A DNA stretch of 64,000 nucleotides, taken from Curvularia clavata. Taxonomy: Eukaryota. Made by a program: the position numbers and the translations under genes. This document shows positions 24,269 through 37,599 of the stretch, in pieces (position 1 is the first letter of the stretch; the number at the start of each line of letters is the position of its first letter). The notes under the pieces were generated by a model. It did no database searches. It had not been told where the DNA came from and saw only the letters and a program-made list of their open reading frames with translations. The stretch is taken from positions 2,852,001-2,916,000 of the forward strand of contig CP089279.1 of the NCBI GenBank assembly GCA_023920165.1. Reading direction: 5' to 3'.

Positions 24269-25504
24269 ATGCTTTGGGGCTCCAGCTTCCTTCTTCGGGG
24301 CCGCTCTGCCCCTGAGAGCACACCACCACCACCACCACTTGGCAGCGCCGATGAGGCATCCGATGACGAGGCTGCGCCCTCGGAAATTCGGCAAATCGAT
24401 GCTTCAGAGCTGCAGCCGACCATTGTTTTTGACGACAGTGGTGACTCCATCTTGGTGTTAGGGACCGATTCGTCTGGTTACCAACCAGTTCAGGTGTCGA
24501 GGACGGCCATGATACTGGCCAGTCCTGTCTGGAGGAAAGTATTCGAGCGCCATTGGAACGAGAACGGAACAGCCGCAGTACCGTTACCCGATGAAGAGCT
24601 AGACGCGATGCACATAGTGCTTCGCATAGCTCATCTTCGCTTCCACGAACTGCCTAAGAAGAACGGACTTGACATGGATGCACTTCTCCAGCTTTCAGTC
24701 GTGTGTGATAGGTATGACATTGTCAAGTTGGTCCGACCATTTTTGGATCTATACGGTTGGGCTCAGTGCCACTACCCTGATACCACTTCGGGAGAGCGAT
24801 GCCACCCGGCCTGGTTCTTTGTAGCATGGACTTTCGGGTACAAGGACAGCTTCCAAAATCTCGCCAAGTTTGTCGTCAAGAGGACTGGTTTGGATCAACG
24901 AGGCAATGCGATGATGGACAGCGGCCAGGCATTCCCGCTTCACATGCCACCAGCGCTTCTTGGTAAGTCACCTTGCCGTCTTGTTCCGATCTTTTCGAAT
25001 TATGCTGACATCTGCCAAGAACGTATACTGGAAATCCGGGAGACCGCTCTGACAGCCATGCTAGACGTTCTGTATGACATTTTGGACGACATCACTCACG
25101 TCTATGTATGTCAGGTGGATGAGTCCTGTGAGCCCAAGTGTCGTGCCATGGTCTTGGGCTCATTCGTCTCTTTCCTCTTGGAGAAGAACCTTTACCCTAT
25201 ACGTCGCGCCGCTTCTGAGACCTCACTGAGCATTCAGCAGCTGTATGATTATGCAAACGCGGCCGAGATACTTACCTTCGAATCGCACGACTATGCAGAA
25301 ATGGTAGCTCATGTAAAGCGTACCAACTGCGATCCCACCAAAGCCACAGCCGACACTTTCAAACATCAAGGTGGCCTTACTCTTCATAGAAAATGCTTTG
25401 GAGCCTTTCATCTTCGAACGAAGCTTCGAGCGATTTATTCGGACATCGAATCGGCTGTGCTCCCATCTCACATACAGCATATGGATGAGCAGGCCGCAAA
25501 GTAG
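24269..25504 (+). CDS. Fungal BTB/POZ-like domain protein (one 57-nt intron at 24963-25019)
   Basis: IVFDDSGDSILV..VSRTAMILASPVWRKVF..LPDEELDAMHIVLRIAH..LLQLSVVCDRYD..AWTFG pattern of fungal BTB proteins. Confidence 0.8.
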   Translation: MLWGSSFLLRGRSAPESTPPPPPLGSADEASDDEAAPSEIRQIDASELQPTIVFDDSGDSILVLGTDSSGYQPVQVSRTAMILASPVWRKVFERHWNENGTAAVPLPDEELDAMHIVLRIAHLRFHELPKKNGLDMDALLQLSVVCDRYDIVKLVRPFLDLYGWAQCHYPDTTSGERCHPAWFFVAWTFGYKDSFQNLAKFVVKRTGLDQRGNAMMDSGQAFPLHMPPALLGKSPCRLVPIFSNYADICQERILEIRETALTAMLDVLYDILDDITHVYVCQVDESCEPKCRAMVLGSFVSFLLEKNLYPIRRAASETSLSIQQLYDYANAAEILTFESHDYAEMVAHVKRTNCDPTKATADTFKHQGGLTLHRKCFGAFHLRTKLRAIYSDIESAVLPSHIQHMDEQAAK

Positions 25505-26125
25505 ATTGATCCGGTGTAGTCTACGATAGCGAGCGCAATGCTTCGTAGTTGATTGTCGTTAAAAAAGGTCGCTAGACGCTGAGGGCGACTTTATTCCAGC
25601 TAGCTCACTTTTTTCCACCCGCACGCTCGATGAGCCGCTACTGGTGTTGCTCTGGGTGATTCTGGATCTTGAGTAAGCACCATCTCGCGGGCTTAGAGGA
25701 GGGAAGATTCCTTGCAAACCCGCTCGGGCAACCCCACACCATTGGCATGCGATCGATTTACAGCAAGCGGGACGAAATTTGTTCATCGCAAGGCCTATCT
25801 GCTTGTTCACGGTTGTTGACGCGACGTTCACGCTAACGCGTTGAAGAACACCACCCCGCTTTGCGGTAGGTAAACACTTGGTACTTGGCAACCGTTTCTT
25901 CGACCTTCCGAATGTAGGCAGTCGAACTTCAACAACCCGAATCTAATGTATTCAAAGATGCAGCCAAGAATGCGAACCCTGATGTTACCAGGTCATGGCA
26001 AAAATGATAAGGCTAGAAATGGTTAATTAACGCTTGGAAGGTTTGGCATTCAGCATATCCCCACGTAAATAAATACCTCGACGTACATGCTTGGTACTTT
26101 CTACAGTAGGAATACTCATATCGAA

Positions 26126-28262
26126 ATGTTCCCACCCGCTCGCTTTGCAGTTCCTACGCTGCTGGTACTGGCAGCTCCCACTTTCGCTCAGCTCCAGTCT
26201 GAACCTGCTAGTCTTAAAGTGCTCAAGTCGCGCTTCGGAGATGGTGTAACAGTCACGTATAAAGAGGTACGGATCCAATAGGACAAGTCAATACACGTCC
26301 CAGTTAGATTCCTCTAACAGGGATCTTTAGAACACACTTTGTGAGACCACACCAGGTGTTAAGTCTTACTCTGGTTATGTTCATCTACCCCCTGGAACTG
26401 CAGACTTGGGTCAAGGACAAGACTACCCCATCAACACTGTAAGCCATATGTTGCGACGGCCCTTTTGGCATGATCTGAATCGGTGATAGTTCTTCTGGTT
26501 CTTTGAAGCTCGCAATGATCCCGCCAACGCGCCCCTCACAATCTGGTTGAACGGCGGACCGGGATCGTCGTCCATGTATGGATTACTTGAGGAAAATGGA
26601 CCATGTTACGCGAATCCAGACTCGAATTCTACTAGACCAGCAGAATGGAGCTGGAATGAAGCATCGAACATGCTCTACCTCGACCAGCCAGTGCAGGTTG
26701 GCTTGTGAGTGTTAACTCTTCCAAGCTATCGGCTATGTGTCAGCTAATCATAGATTCCCAGTTCGTACGATACTTTGCAGAATGTCACCAGGAACCTTGC
26801 CACTGGAGAGGTCCGGCTATTGAGTGACAATACCCCTGTTCCTGAGCAAAACACTACTTTCCTTACTGGCACATATCCTAGTCGTGACCCTAACACCACG
26901 ACTTTTGGTAGTGTCAACGGAGCAATAGCAGCATGGGAGTTTGCACAGGCTTGGTTCCAGGAATTCCCTCACATCGTGCCCAATGACACGCGCATTAGCC
27001 TTGCTGCTCAGTCGTACGGTGGCCGTTATGGACCCGCTATGATGTCTTTCTGGGAAGAACAAAATCAACGGATTGAAAACGGCACTCTGACTGAAGGCTA
27101 TGTTATGCACTTGGATACCCTGCTCCTTATCTCCGGCTGCATCGACCGCTATATCCAGTTTCCTTACTATCCTCAACAAGCGTACCAAGGCAATGGATAT
27201 GGAATCGAAGCTGTCAACGAAACAATCTACAATGGCATGGTCAATGCCATTCCTGAATGTCTGGAGAGGATCCAGAAGTGCCGCGATGCTGCTGCTGTGT
27301 CTGATCCCGAAAACCTGGGTATTGACGCTGGAGTCAACGATATTTGCGAGGACGCCGAGACATTTTGCCGCGCAAGAATAGTCACTCCATACAACAACTA
27401 TGCGGGCCGCGACTACTATGACATTTCCACGCCATCGCCTCCGCCTTTCCCACCACCATTTCATGAAGGGTATTTGAACCGTGAATGGGTCCAAGCAGAG
27501 CTCGGTGTGCCACTCAACTGGACGGGCAGCTCCCCACAGGCTTCAGCGGCCTATCGTGGCATCGGTGACTACCCGCGTGATGGTTGGGTCGAAGATCTCG
27601 GCTTTCTCCTCGACAATGGGATCAAAGTGTCACTAGTGTACGGTGATCTTGACTTTGCATGCCCCGTGAGTACCTTTTTCCCAACCCAACCCAACCCTTG
27701 AAGCTGTGTCACTAACAAAAAGACCTTGCAGTGGGGCGGTGGTGATGCCGTGGCCAGAGCAATCAACTGGACAGGGTCCGCCGGGTATGCATCTGCGCAG
27801 TACGCCGAGATCCAAACAAACGACTCCTATGTCGGCGGCCTCGTCCGCCAATACGGAAACTTGAGTTACATCCGCACCTACCAAGCCGGTCATGCCATCC
27901 CTGCCTACCAGCCCGAGACAGCCTTCAGGATCTTCACCCGTGCCCTATTCAACCTCGATATTGCTACTGGTACCGAGTCGACTGCTGGCACGGATGAGGC
28001 GAGCACGTACATGAGCACAGGGCGGCCGGATCCAAATGTGCAGTTTGAGGCGTATACTACCGACGCCCTGAGGTACTGTTACATCTGGGATCTTAGCTCG
28101 TGCACAGAAGACCAGGTCGATGCCGTCCTGGACGGGTCCGCCGAAATCTGCCAATATCTGGTCGTGGATGCTAACTCGACGCAATTGTTTCCAGAGGTGA
28201 TTGCCGGGTGCCGTGCTGGGGCCGGTGGCAACAGCAGTATTTCCTCTGGTGTTAGCTTTTAA
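26126..28262 (+). CDS. Secreted serine carboxypeptidase, peptidase family S10 (4 introns)
   Basis: Signal peptide; [52 protein letters not shown] (Ser), YGDLDFAC (Asp), AGHAIP (His). Confidence 0.93.
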
Positions 28263-28706
28263 CTGTCACAACGAATGATAATCTACCAGAGCCCTTGACA
28301 ATGCTTCCGCGGTACGTTTCAGAGGATGAATGAGATGTGCGGAGACTTTGGTAACTAGGGGTTGATTTTCACGCTGGATTCTTTCTTCATCATTGCCGAC
28401 AAAACAATCACAAATGTTGCGTGAAACGTTAACGTAATTGCATACTTTCATCCCTGCTTTTTCAAAACTCACGACTCCAAGAATTCCCAATTTCTTGATC
28501 GGTGAACCTGTGGCGAGACGGAGACGATAGGGTTGCCCTTATTTTGGTTGTTTTTTCCCAGGGTTCAGACAGCGGGTAAAAGGATAGAAAAAGCAATTCA
28601 CAAGATACACGTTCCGATCCCGAGATTATGGATTTACTCGAGTCATATCTACAAGCTAGTACAAGAAAAAGCAAGCCAGGTCGGTGAAAAAGAAGAGACC
28701 TAATGA

Positions 28707-29622
28707 TTAATCGTCTCCAAGATTGACACCGCCAAACTTCTCTGCCTTCTTCCTCTGTAACATGTCCGCATCAGAAACGACTACGTCGCCACCACCTCCA
28801 CCGCGATTGTGCTTCTCGTTGCCCTCTGAGTGTGCTGTCGTGCCACCATTGATCTTACTATGATCTTTTTTCCCGCTATCGGCTCCATGCGCTTCACGTG
28901 CTCCATGGCCCTGACCAAACGAACCCTTGCCGCCCTCATGCTCTTGACTCTTCTGGCCTCCATTCTGACCAGCACTATGCCCCGCATGACTCTTTGCATT
29001 TGCACCATTGTGCCCACTGTTCTCCTCATCATCGCCTAGGTTAACGCCCCCAAACTTCTCCGCCTTCTTCCTCTGCAACATGTCCGCATCATGCGCTACG
29101 CCGCCATCACCCTGACCGCTCTCATGCTGCTTACTCTTGTCCCCTTCCAGCGTCGCCCGTCCATGCATCATCTCCACATCGGCATGGCCGCCGCCACTCC
29201 TCTTCTCCGACACGTCCTTGCCACTATGCACCACGGCATCCTGGACGCGCTTCTCCCTCGCCCTCGCCTCCTGTTCACCCGTCTTCGCGGTCGCAATGTC
29301 GATCTCGTCTTTATCTAGCTTTGTGAATTTCTGCTCGATATGCGAAGAGCGGTCTGGCGAGGCGTGGTGCGGTTCAGAGCGCTTTTTGGATTCGGAGGTC
29401 TCAGAGGTAGATGTGTGCGGCTCGTTCACACCGTATTGCTCCGATGCGCTGGATACAGGGGCTGCAGCGCCGCCGCCGGAGAGGCCGGGGAGAGCTGTAG
29501 GGCGGTTAGTGAGATGCTGGTTTGTTGTACAAGAATGTCATGTATGTTCAGGCGTTATGGTATGGGAATCCCGGGGGAAATAAGAGCAATGACCTACTGT
29601 CTCCTTTCTCGCTCTCAGGCAT
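28707..29622 (-). CDS. Hydrophilin-like Gly/His/charged protein with a duplicated 21-aa motif (1 intron)
   Basis: Exon 1 MPESEKGD, GTAGGT..CTAAC..CAG intron, then the 28707-29429 frame; DADMLQRKKAEKFGGVNLGDD occurs twice. Confidence 0.75.
28710..29090 (-). repeat. Two 63-nt coding direct repeats (28710-28772 and 29028-29090)
   Basis: Identical peptide; 9 nucleotide differences, all synonymous. Confidence 0.9.
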
Positions 29623-30366
29623 AGGTGCAACATGCTTGGTGTGTTGGAGTGAAGCCTGTGTTTACGCTTGTAAGCAGGCTGTTGTTTACAAAACACGTTT
29701 AAGTGAACATAGCTCGAAGGGCTTTGGTTTATAGACATACATCTCCTGTAGTACCGTGGAGAATCTCGTGACCCTCAATGGGGCCATTGTCACTGGATCC
29801 GTCTCCGTTACGAGGCATTTTGAGAATCAAATTGTGCTAATGGTCTTGGATGGTGATGTGATCGTGTATTGTTGTAACACGTGTATGTGTTTGTGCTCAA
29901 GTACAGGTAAAGAGATTTGAAGCAAGATACCTTCCTTTTCTTTTCTACCCCATGACGCCTTATATTCCAACTACGACTACCTACTTGTCTGCTTGAAAGT
30001 TGGCAATCGCGTGGCTTTCATTTCATGACCAAGCGACGTCATAGTCCGTTTCGTACCACTATGACACTAATAGACGCCACTCAACAACCACGGAGCAAGC
30101 CCCGATGCTACTATGACACGTACCGTTCCAGCTCCTTTTCGCACATGCAAGCCCATCAGTTGTTTTCCGGTAAGTAGCTGCGGGGCCAAATACGTAGAAG
30201 TTCACTAGGATCGATCGCTACATGGCGTTCAAATATCTGGTTGTTGATGTTTCGTAATGTTTAGATTGCAATTCCTAGCAACGGATGCATTTATACAATT
30301 CAGGATATTAGAAAACCATAAAAACGAAAACAGGACTGGTGCATTGGTACTGGTAAAAAGGTAGAC

Positions 30367-33063
30367 TCAATAAACAACCTTGTTCTCCCAGAGAGGCGCC
30401 TGTCGTACATTGTTAGCATCCCATTCCACCTTGCCCTTCTCATTCATGGTCGCGTCCTCATCTGTGATCTGGATTCCATAGCTACTGAGGCTATCTCGAA
30501 GTTCAGTAACTTCGCGCGTGCTTATGCCGGCGCGATCTCTTGGAAGCCAAATGACGTCCTGTCGTTCTTCCAAGGCTGGGTGCAGATAGGCCTCTAGAAC
30601 CTCTTTCTCCGTGTATGGTGGAACGGTTTGACAGAACCGAGTGTCCAAGGATGCGGAGATATCACTGACAGATAGTCGGTGTGGAGTGAATATCTTCTTC
30701 AATAATGATTGACGTGGGGGCGAGTTCGCAGGAGACGCTATGCCGGAAACTTCAGATCCGTTGGTTGCTCGCTGCTCGTCATTGTAGCGCGAGACAAGAG
30801 CCTGATCAGATCTATGATCATGTTTGTTGTTTCCAGTGTGCGTGCGGCTGCTCTTGACTGCATTCCCAGCTTCGGTGTCGTTCTGCTGCCTGGGGTGCTC
30901 TGAGTTGCCGACCAAGTCCAATTGCTTTACTTTTCTCTTCATGAATATGTGGAAAATGATGGTGGCTACAATAAGAACCACCTGGAGCACAGTTGGCCCA
31001 ATAGAATTGAGGTTTCCACCAATACCAATACCAAAAAGACCCAGTAGGCAAAGCTGTCCGAGGTAGACTCCAACCATGAGCTGCTCCAAAGCGCGCGCAT
31101 AGAAACCGCCCTTAGTGTCAATGTGAGTGTCGTGGACATATAGCATGTTGTATCGGTACGCAGCGTAAATGAGTCCCAAACCGATCGTTGCAAAGCCCAA
31201 CACGAGTGGTGCGATCGCCGCATACGAGAGGGCAATGACCCCCAAGTTTGTGAATACAGGGTATTCTGCACCCCATGATGGCTCAGAGAATGTCACATAG
31301 CGAGTATACTTCTTCCTGGGCGTTTTAGCGAACTTGCTTAAGATAAACACACCTACCAAGCCCATCAAGTTGAAAAGATACTTTGAAGACATGGCCAGAC
31401 CGTAGAGAATGAAGTAGGATACGTAGAAGTTTGAAGCCTTTGGCAGGTTCTTGGACAGCAATTTAATGGCGATTGGTGGGTTCGAGACGATTTGGCTGGC
31501 GACTGCTGCGGCAGCCGAAGTGAAGGTGGTAATCAAGAAGACCTGAATTACCTGGAACGCAAAGTACCACTTCTGAGTTTGTTGCTCGACCTGAGAGACG
31601 GTGACTGCACCAGCAAGTTTGGCAACCACTGCGAAAGTGTTAGTCGGGAGAATTACAGCGACTTCAGACTCGATAACGTACAGCGACAGATGATCGGCAC
31701 CAAAGCCATGAGGATAGCGAGGGCCACTACGGGCAAAAGTCCCGTTACAACACCAAGAATAACCTGAGGAATGTCATTGATGAATGACAAGAACGGTACA
31801 TTCTCGGTTAGGTAGTTGATATTACTAATAGCACCGACCACAGCAACGGGGATAGCCCAGAATATTATCAAGGCTGAGATGAAGATGTTCGCGATGACGC
31901 GACGTAGAAATCGACTCTTGGAGCTCATTTTGAGGTTCTTCCAGATGACCTCCTCCGGTAAGACTCCCATTTGCCTGGAGCTGAATTTGATGGGTCTGCG
32001 ATGATGATTCGCGTTGAAGGCAGCCTCGGCGGCAGCAACCGTATCAAACTCGATGAACACAGCGCTGACCAGCTTTTCTTTTCCGGTGAGATGTGATCGC
32101 TGCTTTTGCTGAATTTTCGGAAGCAAGCCTTTGATCTCATTGCGGTAGTAAACAATCGAGTCAACTTTGTGACCGATCAGGAACTTGGTCCTGTTCGTTG
32201 GTCGTAGTACCGCGACATCTTTTTCCTTTTGTCCACCCTTCTTTGATTGTTGTTTATTAACATTCTGCATGTATTTTGTCTCGCTAGCTTCAAGTTGCAT
32301 GATGGCCTTCTCGAGGTCTGCGACATCATCGTCTAAATCATCTACATCTGGTACGAGCCAGATTTGAGCAATGCTGGGGAACATGCCGTGTAAAGTTTCA
32401 AGTGATAAAGACTCTTGTGGGACATCGGTAAAGAGGACCGTACGCTGTGAGATTCGACTCGAATTCCATGCAGTCAAGCAGTAGGCCTTTCGGAGCTTAG
32501 TCAGGTACATCATTTCTCTGCCGATGAGAAACAAAACCCAGCCAAAGAACACCCAAGCAATCAATGCGTGAGCGAAGTAGCGCGTTTGGTTTTCGACATT
32601 GGAGAAGCTTAGAATGTCCAGACCGGACTCACCGCCTCCCCCTGTGGCATTGACGGGAAAGAGAACCGGCCAGGTGATAACAGCACCACCAAAGGCCATC
32701 AAGGTGAGTACCTTGAGGAATCGAATGTAGAGATAAGCATCCAGAGAGTGGTGATTGAGGACATATTCATCACTCAATTCAGTGAAATTCTTGATCCAGC
32801 CTAAGAAACCCTGGCCTGCTGGAGGTGTTTTCTCACTAAGAAGGTTGTTAGCATGTATTCGTCATCCGGAAAACAAGAGAGGCACACTCTTCTGAAAGTA
32901 CGTCACTATGTGCTCGTGGAGCGTAGAGGCCCTTCTGTTTACTTCGTAGCAGTAGGAATACCGCAACCAGAACAACCGCGAGGATCAAAGTGGGCACCAG
33001 AGTCGAGACGAGGGCAGACACTGAGGACCCTTCACCACGATTACTGCCTTGTTGCTGAGCCAT
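30367..33063 (-). CDS. CSC1/OSCA/TMEM63 (DUF221, Rsn1-like) calcium-permeable channel (2 introns)
   Basis: SALVSTLVPT..YAPR, HHSLDAYLYIRFLK, RTVLFTDVP, PEEVIWKNL, FWAIPVAVVG, YFAFQVIQVFL, LPKASNFYVSY, AYLHP. Confidence 0.93.
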
Positions 33064-33750
33064 AGTGATTGTGCGGTGGATGGAATGCAGCGTAACAGGT
33101 TGCGAACCCAGTGACTACGAGGCGGAGCCTCGTCTTATGTAGTTGGCGCATCATACTATGTAATTGTGAGTCTTCCTGTGCAATTGGCGCATGTGCAGTA
33201 GCCACAAACAAAGAGACTTGAACCATGACCACCAAAGTCTGGAAAGGTTCCATAGAACAGCTCATGTCATAGTGCATGATTCGGCACTGAAGTTCCGACT
33301 AGTGGCCTGGCGGTTGTTCGAGCCTCGGACAACATGTGAAGCAGGGGAAAGAGAGGCGAGTGCGGAGTGCTATGCGGAGAGGCTGAGAGGCGGGATGGGT
33401 TGAACTAGGCGGCGCCTCAATTGCGTCGTCACAGGGTCGCGCCATGGCACTTCGCAAAGCTTGTAGTTAAGTGGGCATGTAGCGGTAATGAGGAACTAGC
33501 ATGGTGTGCCGTCATTTGCATTTTCGCAACGGCTGTGGTTACTTTCGCTAGCACTGCATGAACTGCAGCGTTATTCCACGTGTGCCGTTTGCATGCAGAG
33601 AGTTGCTGCTCACCAAGGGAGAGCGTAGCCGCGCAATCACGTTAGCCTTGTTGAGATTCAAGGAAGAAATGTCCGAACAGTTATGTAATAATACAGTTGA
33701 ATACTATACACTAAAATAAGTGCTATATCGGAAACCAAACGGCCATTATC

Positions 33751-35828
33751 TCAACTCATCAGCAACCTGGTCACAGCACCAACGTTCAGTGTCCTCAGAT
33801 CACTGTAGTGCTGGCCCGTACCCAAGAAAACGACAGGGATTCCCGTCGCGTGTACCATAGACACCAGCGTCCCGACCATATCGCCCACTGTATCGCACTT
33901 GGAAATGACGAAGCCGTCGAGGTTCCTCCCTGGCCCAAATGATGCGTTAAAGTTGCGCGCTTGGGCAACGGAATCTGTGCCGACGAGCGCTTCGCCAACC
34001 ATCAGAATCTTGTCAGGGTTGGCCAGTTTTCCAAACTTCTCCAATGACGACATGAGACGCTGATCGTTGTGCCGTCGCCCGGCAGTATCGATGAGCACCA
34101 CGTTGAAGTTGTTCTTGGACGCGAAAGTTACGGCATCGGCGGCAATGTTAGCAGCGTCCTTGCCATAGCCCTTCTCGAACAAATCTACATGCCCGCCTTC
34201 TCTTTGGGATAGCTCTTTTAAACGATCCACGTGTACCCGCAGTTGCTCCACAGCACCCGAACGGAAAGTGTCAGCTGCCGCAATGAGGACGCGGTGATGG
34301 TTCTGGAGCAAGAAAAACGCAATCTTGGAGAGATTGGTAGACTTTCCAACTCCATTAACGCCCACAATCGAGAGCACGTATGGGCGGGTACTGGTAGAGT
34401 TTGTGTGTTGGATCTCGCGAAGCAAGTCAAGAGAGGATGTTGGAGTAAGTATCTTGGTGAGGGCCTTTTCCATTGACGATTTGATCGTTGTCTCGATGGC
34501 TAGACGACAGCGTTAGTATAGAGGCTTGGCCAAGGGGGAGATGCGGGTATGACTGACTGGTAAAGCTGGGAGTCTTCATGCCCACTAGATCACGCTCTAC
34601 ACTCTCGCAGAGTCGCACAGCCGCTTCACGTGCAACGTTCTTGCGCAGCAGATGCTCTTCCATACCCTTGAGAGGTTTCGCTAAATCTTCCTTTGTCAGA
34701 GTCTTGCCGCCCACGACGTTCCTAAACAGGCCGCCAATTGCGCCTAGGCTCGACCCAACCAGTCCGGCAGATGCAGCGGGAGCGTCCTTGTCCTTTTTCG
34801 CGTTTTGAGCTGCAATAATAGCATCCATCTCGTCGTCTAAATCTTTGAGCACAAACTCGCCCTTCTTGGTCTTGTGACCCCACGTCTCCTGCTTGATTTC
34901 CTCCAGTGCCTCGTTTCCTGACGCGTCGGCCTGTGCATCTGATTGCGAGTAGTCGAGGATGGAATCGTCCTCCTCTTCCGCACCAAACTCGCCCCACACC
35001 CTGCCTTTCTTTGCAGAGCCCTTGGCCTTCTTCTTTGCCGATGCCTCGTCGCCCGAGGATACAGGCGCAGAACTGAAGGCCGACGCTTTCTTCTTGTCTC
35101 TCCGCGACATTTTACCACCAATTGGTCTTTGCTTGCCAGTCAGCAATTGACTGTGTGCTGGTGTGGTCGGTCTCGACGTATCTGGGGTAGGGACCGGAGT
35201 CGAATCGGCGCTCGTATCGTACAAAGGCCGCTGGGGTTTTTGCAGCGCCGCTGGCTTCGGCGCAGTCTCGTCAGCGCTTTCATTGTCTGTACTCGACTCG
35301 GGTGTGGTGAGCTTGATGCTGGGGGCACCAGAGTCGCTTGCGCCCTCCAACTCGTGCAGCTGGCGATCAAAGTAGGAGCCGAATTTGTCGCAGTTGATGG
35401 CGCTGCCGTTCCCTGCCTTGATCTTGTCTCCGTAAAGTCCGACAAAGAGAGCGCGGACATTATCGAGAAGCCTGTCTATCCATGTGAGGTGGACGAGGCT
35501 TTGGTATACGGCCTAGGGTTGTGTTAGCAAGCGCGCATATTGAAAAGGCACTGGCGCCACATTTGCCATGCCATGCCCAAGGGGGGATGTCGTGGTGAAG
35601 ACATACTACAAAGATGAGCCCCACGTCCTTTGCTGCCGTCCACTTGAGTGTGTAGCCCTCCTTCCTGTACGCTGGTTTTGAGCCGGCATCTTCAGACTGC
35701 GGCTGTATGCGCTCCTCGATGAAAACGTCTCGTATCAGGCTGTTGATGACGTTGGCGCCGACGGGGACATATGTGCGGGACCACAGGACGACGCCGGATG
35801 TCGTCAGTATCTCAAACGTGTCGAGCAT
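33751..35828 (-). CDS. SRP101: Signal recognition particle receptor alpha subunit (2 introns)
   Basis: MLDTFEILTTSGVVLWS longin N-terminus; GVNGVGKSTNLSK, DTFRSGAVEQL, DTAGR, SKCD, GTGQHYSDL SRP-GTPase motifs. Confidence 0.96.
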
Positions 35829-36135
35829 TGCGAGAGCCTGTGGACGTGTGGGGTAGTGGCAGAGAAGAGGGGACGTGGCTGCGGTGGGTGCGGGCAACCC
35901 ATTCACGTATGACGAACGGCCGTGCGCCGCCGCCGCCGCCTCTTGCCAGATGGTCGGAACTCGGACGTGTGCGCTCAACTCAACCACGACCAGCGCAAAG
36001 CTCCCAGGCAGAAATTCACCCACCAACTATACCACCCCAATCCACCACCACCAGATAGCCTCCGCCTGCCAGCCGTCGTTCCATCTCGCCTTCCACCTTC
36101 CACGGCGATTGCCTGTCCCGCCCTCACGCGTAACC

Positions 36136-37305
36136 ATGCAGCGTCCCAACTACAACAATCCTCCGCCCGCGCATTCACCACCTCGTACGTCTTTCCCCTC
36201 GGATACCAATTACCTCCTCCTTTGCACCCAACTACGGCTCCGCTAACATGCACTCCTCGCAGTCCATCATCCAATCCCACAACATGTCTCCACAGTCCCC
36301 CAACTGCGATCACCACCTCCCCCGCAGCCCCCCTCGCAACCGCAGAGTGGATATGGATACGGACAGCAGGGCGGCGGCATGCCAGCCCAGCAAGGAGGCT
36401 ACAACCTGCATCCCTCGTTTGGCGGCTTCATCAATGATCCCACGGCACAGCTGGGCTTCCAGATGGGAAAGAGCGCTGTGGATGCGGGTCAGCAATACGT
36501 AGAGCAGAATGTATGTCGACTTGCGCCCAGAGCAATTGCTCACGAGACGTGCCTTTCAGTGTCGGTGCACAGCTAACACTCGGTTCAGTTTGGACGCTTC
36601 GTATCTGTCTCGGCCCTGAAGCACTACTTCAACGTAACAAATTCCTACGTCCTCACTAAATTACGCATCATCCTCGTCCCATGGTGGCATCGGCCCTGGT
36701 CTCGCCAGCAGCGCCATGGCTCTGATCCTTCCTCGGCTTCGGCCGCACTGCTCTACCAACCTCCTCGCGAAGACGTCAACTCGCCCGACATGTACATCCC
36801 GACAATGGCTCTGGTAACCTATATCCTCCTCTCGACCCTGCTTGCAGGACTGAGAGGCGCCTTCCATCCGGAGCTGCTAGGCTACACCGCGACTGTCGCA
36901 ATCTCTGTTACCCTGCTTGAGATCCTCATCATCAGGACCGGCACCTTCTTACTCGCCATTAGCAGCTCATCCCAGCTCCTCGACCTCGTCGCCTATAGCG
37001 GATACAAGTTCGTCCACGTTATTGTATCCCTGCTTCTGACACACTTTGCTTCATGGCTGGGAATGGGCGGCACAATGGTCAACTGGATCATTTTCCTCTA
37101 TTGCTTCAGCGCAAACGCCTTTTTCCTTCTTCGCAGCTTGAGATATGTCCTACTGCCCGATCAGACCGGCCAAGGAAACTTTGGAGGCCCTGCAGCCTCA
37201 GGATACACGGTTGCCAAGAGCCAAAAGAACAGGAGAACGCAGTTTTTGTTCGTCTACAGCTACGTGGTCCAGTTTGGCTTCATGATGTGGTTGACTAGGG
37301 TATAA
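36136..37305 (+). CDS. YIF1: ER-Golgi transport membrane protein Yif1/Hrf1 (2 introns)
   Basis: DPTAQLGFQMG, LKHYFNVTNSYV, PPREDVNSPDMYIPTMALVTYILL, QLLDLVAYSGYKFV, ANAFFLLRSL. Confidence 0.94.
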
Positions 37306-37599
37306 ACGGTGGAAATGGGGTCATCATCTTCTACCGTTGGATTGTGCGACTTTGCCGCTAAGGCTGAGTCCTATTGTTCGTATTACATTGTGAGCGTTGA
37401 GCCCTTTCCATGTCATTTTCCTCGCAATCTCATGTATCAAGTGTTACTCTATCAGTAGAAGTTATATACAGCCTGGATAAATACAAGACGCTAGGCCTAC
37501 TGCATGCGACCCGAACAGCTATCTTGTGCCACACTGGACACAGCTATTCCTGTTCAGCTTACCTTGATACGAGGCACTAGAGTAGGGCATTATGACCTT

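Noticed and set aside
24963..25019. Stop-free 57-nt intron read through in the BTB ORF
   Set aside because: Canonical splice signals; in-frame stop-free short introns are common by chance
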